Positions 24,166 to 37,037 of a stretch of 64,000 nt of DNA are shown piece after piece; within the stretch, counting starts at the first letter, position 1; each line of letters begins with the position of its first letter. The stretch is taken from positions 151,577,011-151,641,010 of the forward strand of contig NC_068981.1 of NCBI RefSeq assembly GCF_001194135.2, given 5' to 3'. Source of the stretch: Octopus bimaculoides. Lineage: Eukaryota. The translations under genes were made by a program, and so were the position numbers. The notes under the pieces were generated by a model. That model did not search any database. It was given only the letters and a program-made list of their open reading frames with translations, and was not told the origin of the DNA.

Positions 24166-25239
24166 GAGGAAAAATGAAAAATAATCATCAAAATAAATCA
24201 AAAGCCTTTAGACAGAAAAATTTAAAATTATTTCCATCTCTTGATATCTATACCTGAAGGAATGATTGCACACATCAACCTCTTCAACTATTCGTACTAA
24301 CACTATAAAATCCAACTAAATCTAAAACTGGGAAAAATCACAGTTGTAAAATTTGCATCCAGACTTCTATGTTCAAGTATCGTACAGTTGAGAAACTTCA
24401 AACTTCTTTATGAAAAGAAGACATTTGCATTATTACATCAATATATTATGTCTACATCTTCCTCTGTCCACTTATAAACAAAATACTAAAGTCGACAGAC
24501 TATTTTTTAGATCGTCAAGTCTACGTATAGTACAAATATAGTCTGTTTGATCTGTAGACTATTTTACATGGTGCCGCCATGATATTCGTTGCCCATAACA
24601 ATTTTCAATTTGTTTCCATCTCCAAATGTGGAACCTTATATGTTTCTGTGTCAATGTATTTATTGGAGTTTAAGTAAATTCTAATCCTTGGAGGGGAAAA
24701 AAGACTTTTGATCTATGCACACGATGAAAGTGCAAATTTCTTGAAATATAAATAGCTTTAGATTCCTTAATAAAGAACATTTGCTGAGAATTTTTTTTTT
24801 TTTTGTGGATTGCATATTGGTAAATGAGAGAGAAAAAAATTTAGATTCTTGTCAAGTAATGCGAATTTAAGTAAGTGATATCGGAATATGTTCTTATATA
24901 GTGCATTAAATAACGCTGCAACGATCAGTTTTAAAATTGTCCCTAATAAGCAATTAACTTAAATTACACATCTATAAATGTTACATTAGACTATCCTGAC
25001 AGAGAGGATTAAATATGTTACGCTTCTTATCTATCTATTTAGAATCACGCAACCACATGCCCATAAAAAAAATTAAAGGATACCTTCTGATTATTTTATC
25101 TGTCAGCTTATACTAGAAATGTAATTAATGAGGTTAAAATAACTGTTAATGAAAATCAAAGGAAAACTTGAATCTGTTTCTCTAAAAGTTACTATTATTG
25201 TTGTCCTGAATTTGTATTCGGATCTCTTAAGTTATATAG

Positions 25240-25302
25240 GTTTCAGAAAAATCCAACCAAAGTAATGTTATTGAACTTGATGTTGGAAAACATCTTCAGG
25301 AA
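25240..25302 (+). CDS. Candidate exon (VSEKSNQSNVIELDVGKHLQE, phase 0-0)
   Basis: Acceptor ctcttaagttatatag, donor GAA|gtatag, 63 nt open. Confidence 0.35.
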
Positions 25303-25900
25303 GTATAGGTGCAACTAGCAAACATAGACTACATGACCATTTTTTTTTTGGGGGGGGGAAGAAATATTGGTTCTCTAAAATAATTCTACTATTTACCAAC
25401 TCAATTCTTCGTGTTTATATATCATACATTCCATTGATTCAGCATATATTTTGCTCTTACTCAGCCAGTCACTCTCTCCAAGGTTTACAATATTCTTTCA
25501 AAGAAGCGATATTTTCTTATCTAGAAGGACTTTGATAACGGCTAACTTTGCATATCATTTACTTAATCAGTAAATTTGAAGCAGAGAATCAAAATCAAAT
25601 ATGCTTCAGTGGCTTTTAAACTTAAATCTCTTTAATGCAAAATGTAACGTTCAGTCAAATGCATATATTGATCAAATATGTTACAATGTTTTAATGTAAA
25701 ACTATAATGTAATTTATATTTTAAATGTAAACAATACTGTAATAAAAGTTACTAATGAATTGTGGACTTACTATTCGGTACTTAGACAGTAACCAAATCT
25801 CCCTCGGGCAATGTTCCTTAGAGTGATACAGCAGAAATCCTTAAAAGCCGTATTGCATACCGTGGGGAAAACGCAAATAGAATGTGTAACGAGAAATATA

Positions 25901-26560
25901 CAGTGTGGGTAAATATAAGTAGGCATTAAACATTGGTAATAAAATCCATATTCCTTTTACAGATTTATTGAAACAAATAATACATGTTCTTTATTACATG
26001 GGAAAATGAAAGTAAATCTTAATATCTCAATGTCAGCACCGGTGGCATCAACCAGTTTCTTCAAAAGGGCAGGAATGGAATGAACAACCTTCTGAAGGAC
26101 GTCGTCTGGGATGTCATTGAGAATCTCCTGAATCTGTTTCTCTAAGTCCTCCAGTATGCGATGTTTTGTCTTGTACACCTCCACTTTTGTGTAACCCCAC
26201 AGGTAAAAATCATATGGAATGAGTTCTTGACTTTTTGAAGGCCATTCATAAGGTCCGCGTCGTCCTATCAGGTTTTAACTCCTGAACGTAATGAGGACGA
26301 AAATTCAATACTTTATGCAACACTGTACGTTTTGTGTGTCTTGTTAGTCCACTATCACGAGCTGCTTCACGTGTTGATTTTTGCGGGCTGCAATTAAACA
26401 TTTCCTGCATTGTTGCCACGTTCTCCGCTGATCGGGATGTGGTTGTACGGCCACTTCTTGTATTGTCGACAGAGCCCGTGGTCATCAGCTTTGCATGACG
26501 ACTTTTTATTGTCTCCGGACGTAGTGTTGCATGCTTACCTTTACATGCACACCACTGTCT
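25901..26560 (-). mobile_element. Tc1/mariner-superfamily element with the catalytic region deleted
   Basis: TGSVDNTRSGR..SPQKSTREAARDSG..PHYVQELKPD joined to WPSKSQELIPYDFYLWGY..LKKLVDATGADIE; one TA-flanked terminus cagtgtgggtaaatataagtaggca at 25901. Confidence 0.8.
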
Positions 26561-27120
26561 TTAGTTGAAAGCCGCACTATATCACTAAAATATTTTGTAT
26601 TTTCTTGGATGACAAAATCTACCGCACTGCACGGCAGAAGTTTGTAACCACAATACGTCCAAAATATCGGTTCTCGTTCAATCACCGAATCTAAGCAAAG
26701 TCGAACATCTTAAATACTTATCTATGCTCTATGCAAGTTACAGAATTATCCACTAAAGGAGGGTTTTANNNNNNNNNNNNNNNNNNNNNNNNNNNNNNNN
26801 NNNNNNNNNNNNNNNNNNNNNNNNNNNNNNNNNNNNNNNNNNNNNNNNNNNNNNNNNNNNNNNNNNNNNNNNNNNNNNNNNNNNNNNNNNNNNNNNNNNN
26901 NNNNNNNNNNNNNNNNNNNNNNNNNNNNNNNNNNNNNNNNNNNNNNNNNNNNNNNNNNNNNNNNNNNNNNNNNNNNNNNNNNNNNNNNNNNNNNNNNNNN
27001 NNNNNNNNNNNNNNNNNNNNNNNNNNNNNNNNNNNNNNNNNNNNNNNNNTCACAAGATGGTCTCTGTTTAAACATATTTATGATAAATGTTTATTTAGCC
27101 ATATTTATTTAGACTATGTA

Positions 27121-28370
27121 CGAGGGGTGTTCATTAAAGACTTCCCTGACCCACTTCCGATTATTGCAGGAAAAGGAACTTGTAATGGTATAATCATACA
27201 TGTCTTTACATGTCACATTGTAAATTGCAACTTTCCACTAGTATTCGTTTGTCTTTTACAGCTGCTGAAGTAGACTAAGGTGAATAGGGGCAGTTGAATG
27301 AAGATCAGTGATCAGATTCTTATGCATGAAAGATCGTACGCCAAAAGAGACCTTCAATGAGATTTAAAACGTAGATGATAACAATGCACCATCATATGAC
27401 GTAGTCAAGCACTGGCATTGTCAGTTGAAATGTAGTCGGACATCGATGGAAACTGCTCCTATTCCTGCACGACCATATTCCGCCATTGATGACGACACCA
27501 TCAATAAAGTGGAAGCTGCCATTTTGGAGGATCGCCGCATAACTATTCCGCAACTAACCCAAGAAGTGAAGAGTCCGTGGAAAAAATCACTCACGACCAT
27601 ATGCATATACAGAAGTTGTCTGCGCGATGGATTCCCCGGATGTTTACTCATTTTCAGAAGCAGGAAGGAGTCAATTGCTCCCAGGCTCTTTTGGCAATGT
27701 GCCAAGAAAATGAGAAATTTTTCGGCAGACTTATCATACAAGATGAAACATGGATCCCTCACAATGATTCTGAGACGGAAGCCCAATCAAAGAAATGGAA
27801 GCATGATAACTCACCACCTTCAAAGGAGGCTCATATCCAATTCTCAGCTGGCAAGGTGATGTTGACAGTCCTTTGGGACCAGCGTGGGGTAGTAATGATG
27901 GGTTTTCTAGCAAAGGGTACCAGAATTAACCGGGCATATGATGCTTGTCTGCTGCAGAAATTGCGAGATGTCATCAAAGCAGAGAGGCGTGGCATGTTCA
28001 CCAAAGGAGTCAGCCACCTCCAAGACAACACCTCAGTTCACAATGCACATGTTGCCCTGATGAAAGCACATTCCTGCGTCTATGAAAACATTCTTCATCC
28101 CTCTCACTCTCCCGACCTTGCACAATCTGACTTTCACCTCTTTCCAATCATGAAGTCTTTTTTTGAAGAGGAAGCACTTTTCAGACGATGATGAACTTAT
28201 TTCCGAGGTAAAGTCTTGACTCCAGATGCAAACTACCGACTTCTACAGATTTCACAGTTGCATAAAGCAATGGGAGAAATGTGTTACGATTGGTGGTGGC
28301 TATGTAAAGGTTCGTTTATCCCATTCCTTGGGAAGTGGGTCAGGGGAATTTTTTTAATGAACACCCCTCA
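27121..28370 (+). mobile_element. Full-length mariner (DD34D-type) transposon, disabled
   Basis: About 38-bp TIRs (cgaggggtgttcattaaagacttccctgacccacttcc and its reverse complement), TA at both ends; QDETW, LQDNT and SPDLAQSDFHLF motifs; N-terminal stop and frameshifts. Confidence 0.95.
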
Positions 28371-29058
28371 TAGTAATGTCAACAAATTTACACAACTTGC
28401 TTTGCCGTTGGTATTTAGAGAATATTTACATTTTAAAATTGTTTATGGTAGCATTGAGAACTGTAAAAATGGCGGGGACTTAAATGATGAGGGAAATAAG
28501 TGAAAGAGGCGGGGTAAATTTTCATTGCTTGGCAACACTTTTTCTTCCTCTTTATCATTTTCCTTCCCTTCAGGTTCTTCAAATCTATTTTCTCAGTGCC
28601 CCTACTACTCTCTTTGTTTCTCGCCAATGAAATATTCTGGACTCCTCAAGATATACGGACTAATTAATTTAGATTTCGAAACTTTAGTGGCTTTTTGATT
28701 AAATTTTAAAATATTTGTTAATTAACGTTTTCCTGTGAATAAAGAACTGAATTATTGGGAGGTGTGGAAAGTATTATCTATAGAGTTAACACACAAAATA
28801 TCTTATGCGAGATTTTAATTGAGTTTTATGTAAGAAAATGTAATTGAAGAAGAGAATTAAATTCTCTTAACTATATATTTTGTGAAATGAACATTAAAAA
28901 GAAAAAGAAAAATGTATTTTAAAATATAGAGCAAAATTTTAATTTTGATTAATTCAACGAAAGAACCAACTGAATATATTAACAGAATGGAAAAATTCAT
29001 ATCTGTACAATAATAATTATAATAAATCAATTTCTCTCCCGGTGTGTATGTGTATGTT

Positions 29059-29103
<45 letters not shown>

Positions 29104-29359
29104 CTATACATGCATATATGTATGTGTGTGCATTCATAAGTACCTAAACACGCATGCATATATATGTATATGTATGTACACATACATATATACATGCAAA
29201 CGCACATACATCAATTAGTGTACTGATGTGTTGAGTAAAGCACCAGCACAGTTTGGGTTTACTTCGGGAAATCTGCAGTCTTAGTTGAGATACTAATCGA
29301 TTAAGTAAACAGAAGATGAAATTAGTATAACTCTCTATTTTGTACGACGATCGTTTCAG

Positions 29360-29464
29360 CCCATACTTCGACAGTCCTTTATGGGTGGAATACTGTCCAT
29401 CATATTATGTCANNNNNNNNNNCTTTATGGGTGGAATACTGTCCATCATATTATGTCATGTCAG
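29360..29464 (+). CDS. Candidate 59-nt exon after collapsing an artefactual 36-nt overlap (PILRQSFMGGILSIILCHV in phase 0-2)
   Basis: Acceptor gatcgtttcag, donor CAG|gtacat. All three frames are open, so the frame is ambiguous. Confidence 0.4.
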
Positions 29465-31334
29465 GTACATTCATACAGAAAGTGCTGTCTCGTTAAAGTT
29501 CTTGAGTTTGGACTGTTATATTGTTATTTGCCCGCTTCAGTTACGGTAAATGACAACATAACAGGCCAAACTCAAGATCTTTGACGAGACATCACTTTAT
29601 ATATGATTGTACCCTGATATGACCCAAACTGCAACAATTGATAAATACAGTATGATGCACAGCATCCCACCAATAAAGAACAGGCGCAGGATGGGTCGAA
29701 ACGATCGTCGTACAAAATAAAGTTATACCTACTCCATATGTTTACTTAATCGATTATTATTATCTCCAATGATAAGTCTGTTGCACAACTATTTAATATT
29801 AGTTTTCACTTGTCGGAAGTGAGTTACTTCCGGTTTGTATCTGGGATCGAGGTTGTTTTGTTTTCAGAAAAAGGGGTGGGGTACCCTTTTGTGCCCATCT
29901 ATATCTCAGAAAACCCGCTGTCAACCCTAAATGTTCTTCTTTGGTTATTTCATGTTACTGCGAACGTGGCTTTATACCAGTGTGACCAATTTTCTGCTGC
30001 TTTTAGAAGCAGAAAAGTTTTTGTAAGATAATTTAAATATATCTAGTCATTTTCCTTACATTAACATGAAACATATAATAATGTGTAGATAACTGTGTAT
30101 CCATGGGCGAAAGTGTTTCAGTATATCCGACATTTTTTTCTTCAATTGGTACTTTTCGCCCGCGTGTATCAGTCATAATAAACATGTTGAATGTATTTTG
30201 TAACCAAACTTTGTTGAAAGAAAGTTGTATATCACGAAGTCATATAACAGTAAAACCCTGTTCAAATAATTTTTGTATTTAGGTTTGTCTTATTTTGTGT
30301 TTTTCTTATTTTGTAGTCTACCGTACACTTCCCATACATTTGTATATACACGCGGTACACCTTCACGATTTTACGTACGAGTAGATAATAAATGGCTCCA
30401 AAAAATTTAAACCGTTGTTCGTCTTTGTTATTACTATGGTGATTGCGACCCCGCTTGCTTAGATTTCTGTACGAAGCAGCAATAGTAGTAAAAACTTTGC
30501 ATAGAACTTCCAAATTATTGAAAAGGAGTTGAAAGTGAAGCTGTGCCAGTGATTCATCTGAAGAGCATAAGTTCTATAGTGGCGTATCTCTAAAAAGGAA
30601 AGGACATTGTGTAAGAGAGCCCTGAATAAATTACGTGAAACAGTGCATTGCGGAAGACAACAACAACAACAACAACAATGATATCATGAGGAAATGAAAT
30701 TGGATAGTGTTTGTTATCTGTAACGAACATTTACATCATCTGCGATATCGTAAGGAATCTTATTAGGGAAACGGTACACATAATCATTATTCCTGAAGAT
30801 TCCCTGACCACGCAACATCCATGCAAAATCCAGACACTACATGCATAACTCGCAAAGAATGAATGGGTGCCTCAAAAGCATCCTACAGTTAGGATTCGTC
30901 CATCTTGTCTCTTACAACCACAAATCACAAACACTAATCAGATTACGTGAATATCATCGCACCACACTTCATTACACATGAGCAGCACGTTTGTGTGTGT
31001 GCACGCACATGTGTGTAGCTTTATCCTATGTAAACATAAGTTTATGCAATAGGGATATTGCACAACATGAAAAATGTAAAAAGTCAAAATAGCATGCAAA
31101 AAGTGAAGAAAATAAATCAAGAAACGAATATTGAAACCGATTATGAGTATATAATACACATATGTTATTAAAACTCTAATAGTTTTCGATCCTTCATCTT
31201 AACGAACTAAAGCCTAAGAGATTTGTTTATGAAAAGAAGCTCCTATAACTCCTAATCAATAAAGTGCTAACATGAAGGAAAAGCTAAGGCATTTTTAATA
31301 ATAATTCTTTTACAGTGGCAGAAGGCCAGAAACT

Positions 31335-31570
31335 TGAGTGGAGGAGATCTCCAATTACATCGACCCCAGTGATCAACTGGTACTTATTTTATCGACCCTA
31401 AAAGAATGAAATTCAAAGCCGACCTCGGGGAGCTAGTTGATAATATTGACCCCAGTAATTGATTGGCATTTTGTTTTTTCAACTCTGGAGAGATGAAATT
31501 TAAAATTTATCAAAGCGGAGTTTGAACTCAGACCAAGGAATTGCATAACTAAATATCATAAGGCTTCCTT
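31335..31570 (-). mobile_element. Two adjacent degenerate family-A SINE fragments
   Basis: catcgaccccagt..tggtacttattttatcgaccc..aaagccgacctcgg, followed by a second decayed copy. Confidence 0.6.
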
Positions 31571-33152
31571 ATTCCGATGCTTTAACGATTTTTCCAATTC
31601 ATTGCTGTGGGGAGAAGCTTTTATAGTAGCACCGAAGATACAACAGATTTTAAATGATGCTTCATATCAGAAAAATTTAAAACTGAATGCTCCACTTTAA
31701 ACATTTAACATCATATTCTTTTGGACACGAAAAATGAACGAGTCAATGAATTCGTTGTAGACACAAAGAAGTGAACAGTGAAAATATTAAATTAATGTTG
31801 CCCGTTTCAGAATCTTCAGTTTGGCGAATATATTATTTAATTGAATTGTGAAATATAACTTGATTTTGCAAACAAATAATAGAAAAGAGTAAAATATGAA
31901 AAATATTTGTTTTTGCTGTCTAAGCGAAAGGCATTAACTCTTTATGACGAATATATCTTTATGCCAATATATCTAGGATTGCATTACCTTCCTTTATTAA
32001 CATTTACATGTGTGGTCTGAGGGTTATTTGAATGTCGTTTCTATTAGGTCAAATTACTTCATAGAGGTTCCTTTATTGGCTCGCTGACACGCATTGTTTT
32101 ATGTTGAGCTGTTGCATTCATTTATTCATTTAAAAAACTAATACATTTAAAATACACTACAAATTAACAAAGATATAATTAATATTATTTGTGAAAAATG
32201 AATGCATTGAATAGATTCCTAGGAACACATGCTGACATTTTGTACTTGTAAAAGATATTTTAAAAAAACTAGGATTAATGCTTTAGAATAGATAATCCAG
32301 CCGTAGCAGCTAACTGGGGACATTATAGAAAGAAACAGAATTACCGACTGACCAACGAATATGTTATGTATACTTATCAATCAATGAACCTCTATATAGT
32401 CGCTCCACGTGTTAAAAATAGCCAACACATCTCCCTCAAAGCATAATCTACTCTTTTATAGGAGGAAGAATCGATTAGATAAAGTGGAGAAAAATTTATA
32501 CAAAAAAAAACCATGATGGCCACGGTTGAAATATTTAATCTGCAAATACCTGGAGCTAACAAGAAAAATCAAGCAAATGAAGAAACTTCTGCGTGGTTGC
32601 TCAAATCTGCGAGAATTACGGGCAATTTTTTTCTTAACTCACGCCATATAACTCAGTGTAATATGGCTTTGGGTTATTCTATATTAAGGTTAAAATGGTC
32701 ATAATTAGAATCAGCGACTTTCTTAGACTTGAACTGGGATTGAAATGAAGATTACTGAAACAGGTGAAAAGAGCTATATCTGGTTAAAATTACTCTATAA
32801 TACGAAGGAACTAGTTTGTTCTCACATATCGATATTATCTATGATATCTTGGAAGACAGCCATATTGCATATACATTACCCTTATACTCATTTGAATTAA
32901 TCTAAATATATTATTAGAAAGTTACTTCATCGAGAGCATCAGAACAAAGTCAACAGAAGTAATGACGAAAATTATTTCAAGCCTGTTGATATATCGTCTA
33001 TCAACACACCAGCCTTTTAATAATCATAACAATAACAAAAGAGATTTGAACAGAATATTTGTATTTAGTTGCTAAATGCTAGTTAGTTTGTTGGGTAAAT
33101 AAATGAGATGTTTTTATAACATTGTTTCCACTCCAACTTTGTTTGAACATAC

Positions 33153-33248
33153 TAGACCATCCCGTGGAATTTGTTGATTTAACTATAATAGGAACAATAT
33201 GAAGTAACTGACGACAAGAATGTAACAAAAATTTAAGATGGTGAAAAT
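33153..33248 (-). CDS. Candidate antisense exon (DFHHLKFLLHSCRQLLHIVPIIVKSTNSTGWS, phase 1-1)
   Basis: Acceptor catttttcggttactcag, donor A|gtatgt, 96 nt open. Confidence 0.3.
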
Positions 33249-33704
33249 CTGAGTAACCGAAAAATGTATGTATGGCTATATTTTTCTCAACATTTATAAA
33301 TACATATATGTNNNNNNNNNNNNNNNNNNNNNNNNNNNNNNNNNNNNNNNNNNNNNNNNNNNNNNNNNNNNNNNNNNNNNNNNNNNNNNNNNNNNNNNNN
33401 NNNNNNNNNNNNNNNNNNNNNNNNNNNNNNNNNNNNNNNNNNNNNNNNNNNNNNNNNNNNNNNNNNNNNNNNNNNNNNNNNNNNNNNNNNNNNNNNNNNN
33501 NNNNNNNNNNNNNNNNNNNNNNNNNNNNNNNNNNNNNNNNNNNNNNNNNNNNNNNNNNNNNNNNNNNNNNNNNNNNNNNNNNNNNNNNNNNNNNNNNNNN
33601 NNNNNNNNNNNNNNNNNNNNNNNNNNNNNNNNNNNNNNNNNNNNNNNNNNNNNNNNNNNNNNNNNNNNNNNNNNNNNNNNNNNNNNNNNNNNTATATACA
33701 TATA

Positions 33705-33740
<36 letters not shown>

Positions 33741-33899
33741 TGTATGCATGTATGTATATATATACATATTTATGTAACATGCGCTATAATTATAAACAGG
33801 GCAAATTTTAGCCATTACTCTGCAGACTGAAAAAACAATGATGAACAACCTTAATCGATTTTCGAACCTTACTGGATTCTCATCAGAGTACTTGGATAA

Positions 33900-35298
33900 G
33901 TATATTTCATTTTGATCAAAGGTGTCCCAGCCTCCCCAATGAAAAAGTTTTTCCTATTGATTTAAATGAAACTTAAACCATATGTAAATGAATAGAAATA
34001 ATGCCTATTCCAAAAATATCAGCAAATTTCAATAATATTAAGACACCCTAATGGGGCTAAACCCCCTTCTATTGCAAATTTTGGAAGCCCATAACTTGAA
34101 TATTTGAACCTCTATTATCACGGGGTTTTTCTATTAATTAAACGTAAAACAACAAAATTACCTTTCTTTTATAGGAAAATTCTGAAAATTTACATATTTA
34201 TCTATGACAAAATATCACTAGAATTATGGGAAGAAAAATTATTAGTGAATGCCTCTAATATTTTTTTTTTAATATTTTTGTTTTTTATTAATTTTTCTCC
34301 AGACACCCATTATGCCACTGAAAAGGAAGTCCATTTATGCAAATACTCCACATGCACAAAGGATGAAGCTTCGTCGTCAATCTGAAAGCTGTGATGCAAG
34401 GGAAGAACAGCTTTCTAGGCAAAACCAAAGACAAAGAGATTCTCACCAATCTGAAAGTTGTGATACAAGGGAGGAACGACTTTCTAGACAAAGACATAGA
34501 CAAACAGAGTTTCAGCAAAATGAAACCTTTAGTGAGCGTCAAGACAGAAGCAAGATATATTTCGCAATGTAGTTGCAAGAAGAAATGAGTCTGAACAAGA
34601 GAGACAACAGCGTTTGATTCCTGATAGAAACAGGTATCAAAATGTAAGACAACGTGAGATTCAAAATGCTAAACGTTCTGCATTTCTGTATGACAAAAAT
34701 GTAACAAGGTTGCAATTGGAGAAATGACCAAAGATTGTCAGTGTGGCGCTAAAACGTTTGCTGGAGAATCACCAGGAATGTGCTGGTTACACTGAAAAGG
34801 TTACACGGGATCCATTTCCACCCTGCCTCAATTATTTCAAGAACTGTTCACTGGGGAAAGTCAATTCAGTAAACACTTTTGTGAAGGCTTAGGGTACACA
34901 ACTTTCTGTTTGCCATGATCAGCTTTGGTCACAAAGATGCATCTGCCCAAGGTTGGAATCCATCTGTAAGAATCCAAGGTCAAATTTATCATTAACTTTG
35001 GGAATATAAGCGTGCCAAGGGAAAACATGCTCAGCGTTTTAATGCACAAACAAGGGCTGAAGTGGCAATTTAAATGTCAAATTATTGAAACAAAGTAGAA
35101 TGAGAATTTCAGAGTTACATCGATCCTATAGTCCTTTAATGTATCCATTCATTTTTTTCGATATGGAACAGACGGCTACCACATATATTTGGAAGGGAGA
35201 AATTACCACCAAGGAACAGTGAAACATCAGGATTGGAGGATTTCGCGACTCACCAATTATGCTACTTAATCCCGAGCAACGCCGAGTATGCCAGCTGG
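33900..35298 (+). mobile_element. Internally deleted Helitron (RepHel N-terminus and 3' end)
   Basis: Repetitive E..EERLSRQR block, CQCGAKTFAGESPGMC, FAMISFG..IQGQIYH, RISELHRSYSPLMYP; 3' relic cccgagcaacgccgagt..CTGG-T resembles hairpin plus CTRR. The 5' boundary is approximate. Confidence 0.8.
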
Positions 35299-35682
35299 TA
35301 CGTTTATATATAAATGTACACGTGAATTTGATTTGCCTAAATTTGATTCTTACTTCTACGTTATTCTAACGCTTCAGGTTTAAATACCTGGAGCACTTCA
35401 CATAGAAGTCTATGCATTGGAGAAAATATTCTTCCTTATAATCATATATGTATACATACATACATACGTACATACATACATGCATACATACATACATACA
35501 TACATACGTACGTACGTACGTACATACATACATACATACATACATACATACATGCATAAACCATCTCAAAACTTGAAAGAAAAAGGCTGATTAGAAGACT
35601 ACAGATTCAAGCCATCAATGGAACTGTAAAGATATGTAAAACTTTCCAAACATTTAGCACATAAATACATATGCATGCATCT

Positions 35683-35874
35683 AAAACGCATCCATAAAAC
35701 AAACATACAAATCTGCGCATACCCTAACACCAAATACTGCATACACACACATTATATGCACAAATACCTAGATGATGTTGATAAAAGTTCCAATGAAGGA
35801 GCCTTGAATCTATGTTAGAGTCCGGCTCTTTCTCTATGGACAAGAAATACAGAAATGAAACTGATTGATAACAT
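35683..35874 (-). repeat. Near-identical inverted copy of 11514-11704 (contains pseudo-exon 35768-35833)
   Basis: Reverse-complement alignment by eye: about 119 consecutive identical nt, few differences elsewhere. Confidence 0.95.
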
Positions 35875-36959
35875 ACATACATACATACATACATACATAC
35901 ATAGGGCTAGTATCTTCCACCATAGTTTCAGACCGGCCTAAGCCTTGTGAGTAGATGTTACTTTACATATAAATACATGCATACATACATACATACATAC
36001 ATAAATATATATACATACACACACACCCACACACACACATTTATATTTGCATACATATGTATATGTGTGTGTGTGTATGTATATGCATGTATGTATGAAT
36101 ATATGTATGTATATACTTTCCTTTTGTAGGTGATACATGAGTGTTCTGCAATTTCTTCCTCAACAATCTGCACAAATAATTTGTTTATATTGATCACTTT
36201 CCATCTTTACTACTAACAATAACCTCATTTTGATCTTGAAATATATTTCCTCCATCCTCATGTTACTCCCTATTTAAACACCACCAACTCCCCTTCCTAA
36301 TAAATGTAGCTCTCAATAAAATCATTCAATCTTTAACATCCATCATGCCATCAATTCAAATGCAAAATTGTTTTAATACAATTTTTTCCGCTGAGGAAGG
36401 AGACGTTGTCATCCAATAATGAACCCTAATCTCTGTCATATATCAGGACCATCAAGCCCCCTGAAACGGCCGTAAGACTTTTAAAACTCTACCTCTCTTA
36501 TTTATGATATCGTTTTCTTTTATGTACGTTCGTCTATGTATTCCTAATATCCACATACTTTTACATTTTTCATTTAGATTAAATGTATCTTTATGTGTAA
36601 ATAGACTTACCTAGTTTGCTTATCGTTGCTTTACTTATTTAACGGCTCAAGTTCTAATCTCTTGATCACTTCGAAGTGTTTCTATATATAGAGAACAGCT
36701 GTCTCTAATATATGTGAGGTATATATTCCCACATCGACAACTCTATTATGAGATTACTTCATTTTAGTAGCTCAGTGGACTAGAGTAGCGTGAAACGAAG
36801 CGTTTTGTTCAAGAAAATAACGCAATATCCAATGTAAGAAACAAAGTTACTAGCTTACGACCATGAATGCGACATCCTAACCACTAAGCAAAGCGCCTCC
36901 ACCAAGCAAACATTAGGCAACATTAATTGAAGCCGAGAGAATAAAGAGAGAAACTATGA

Positions 36960-37037
<78 letters not shown>

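Noticed and set aside
26480-26492. CTGATGA on the minus strand; similar hits near 20927, 57660 and 58022
   Set aside because: No correctly placed GAAA, NUH and stem I; the 26480 hit is transposase coding sequence.
28440-28640. Promoter-like cluster (aaaatggcgg, GC box, CCAAT)
   Set aside because: No linked exon or CpG enrichment; such motifs are common in transposon remnants.
36611-36681. Minus-strand exon with a TAG|gtaagt donor
   Set aside because: Stops in all three frames.
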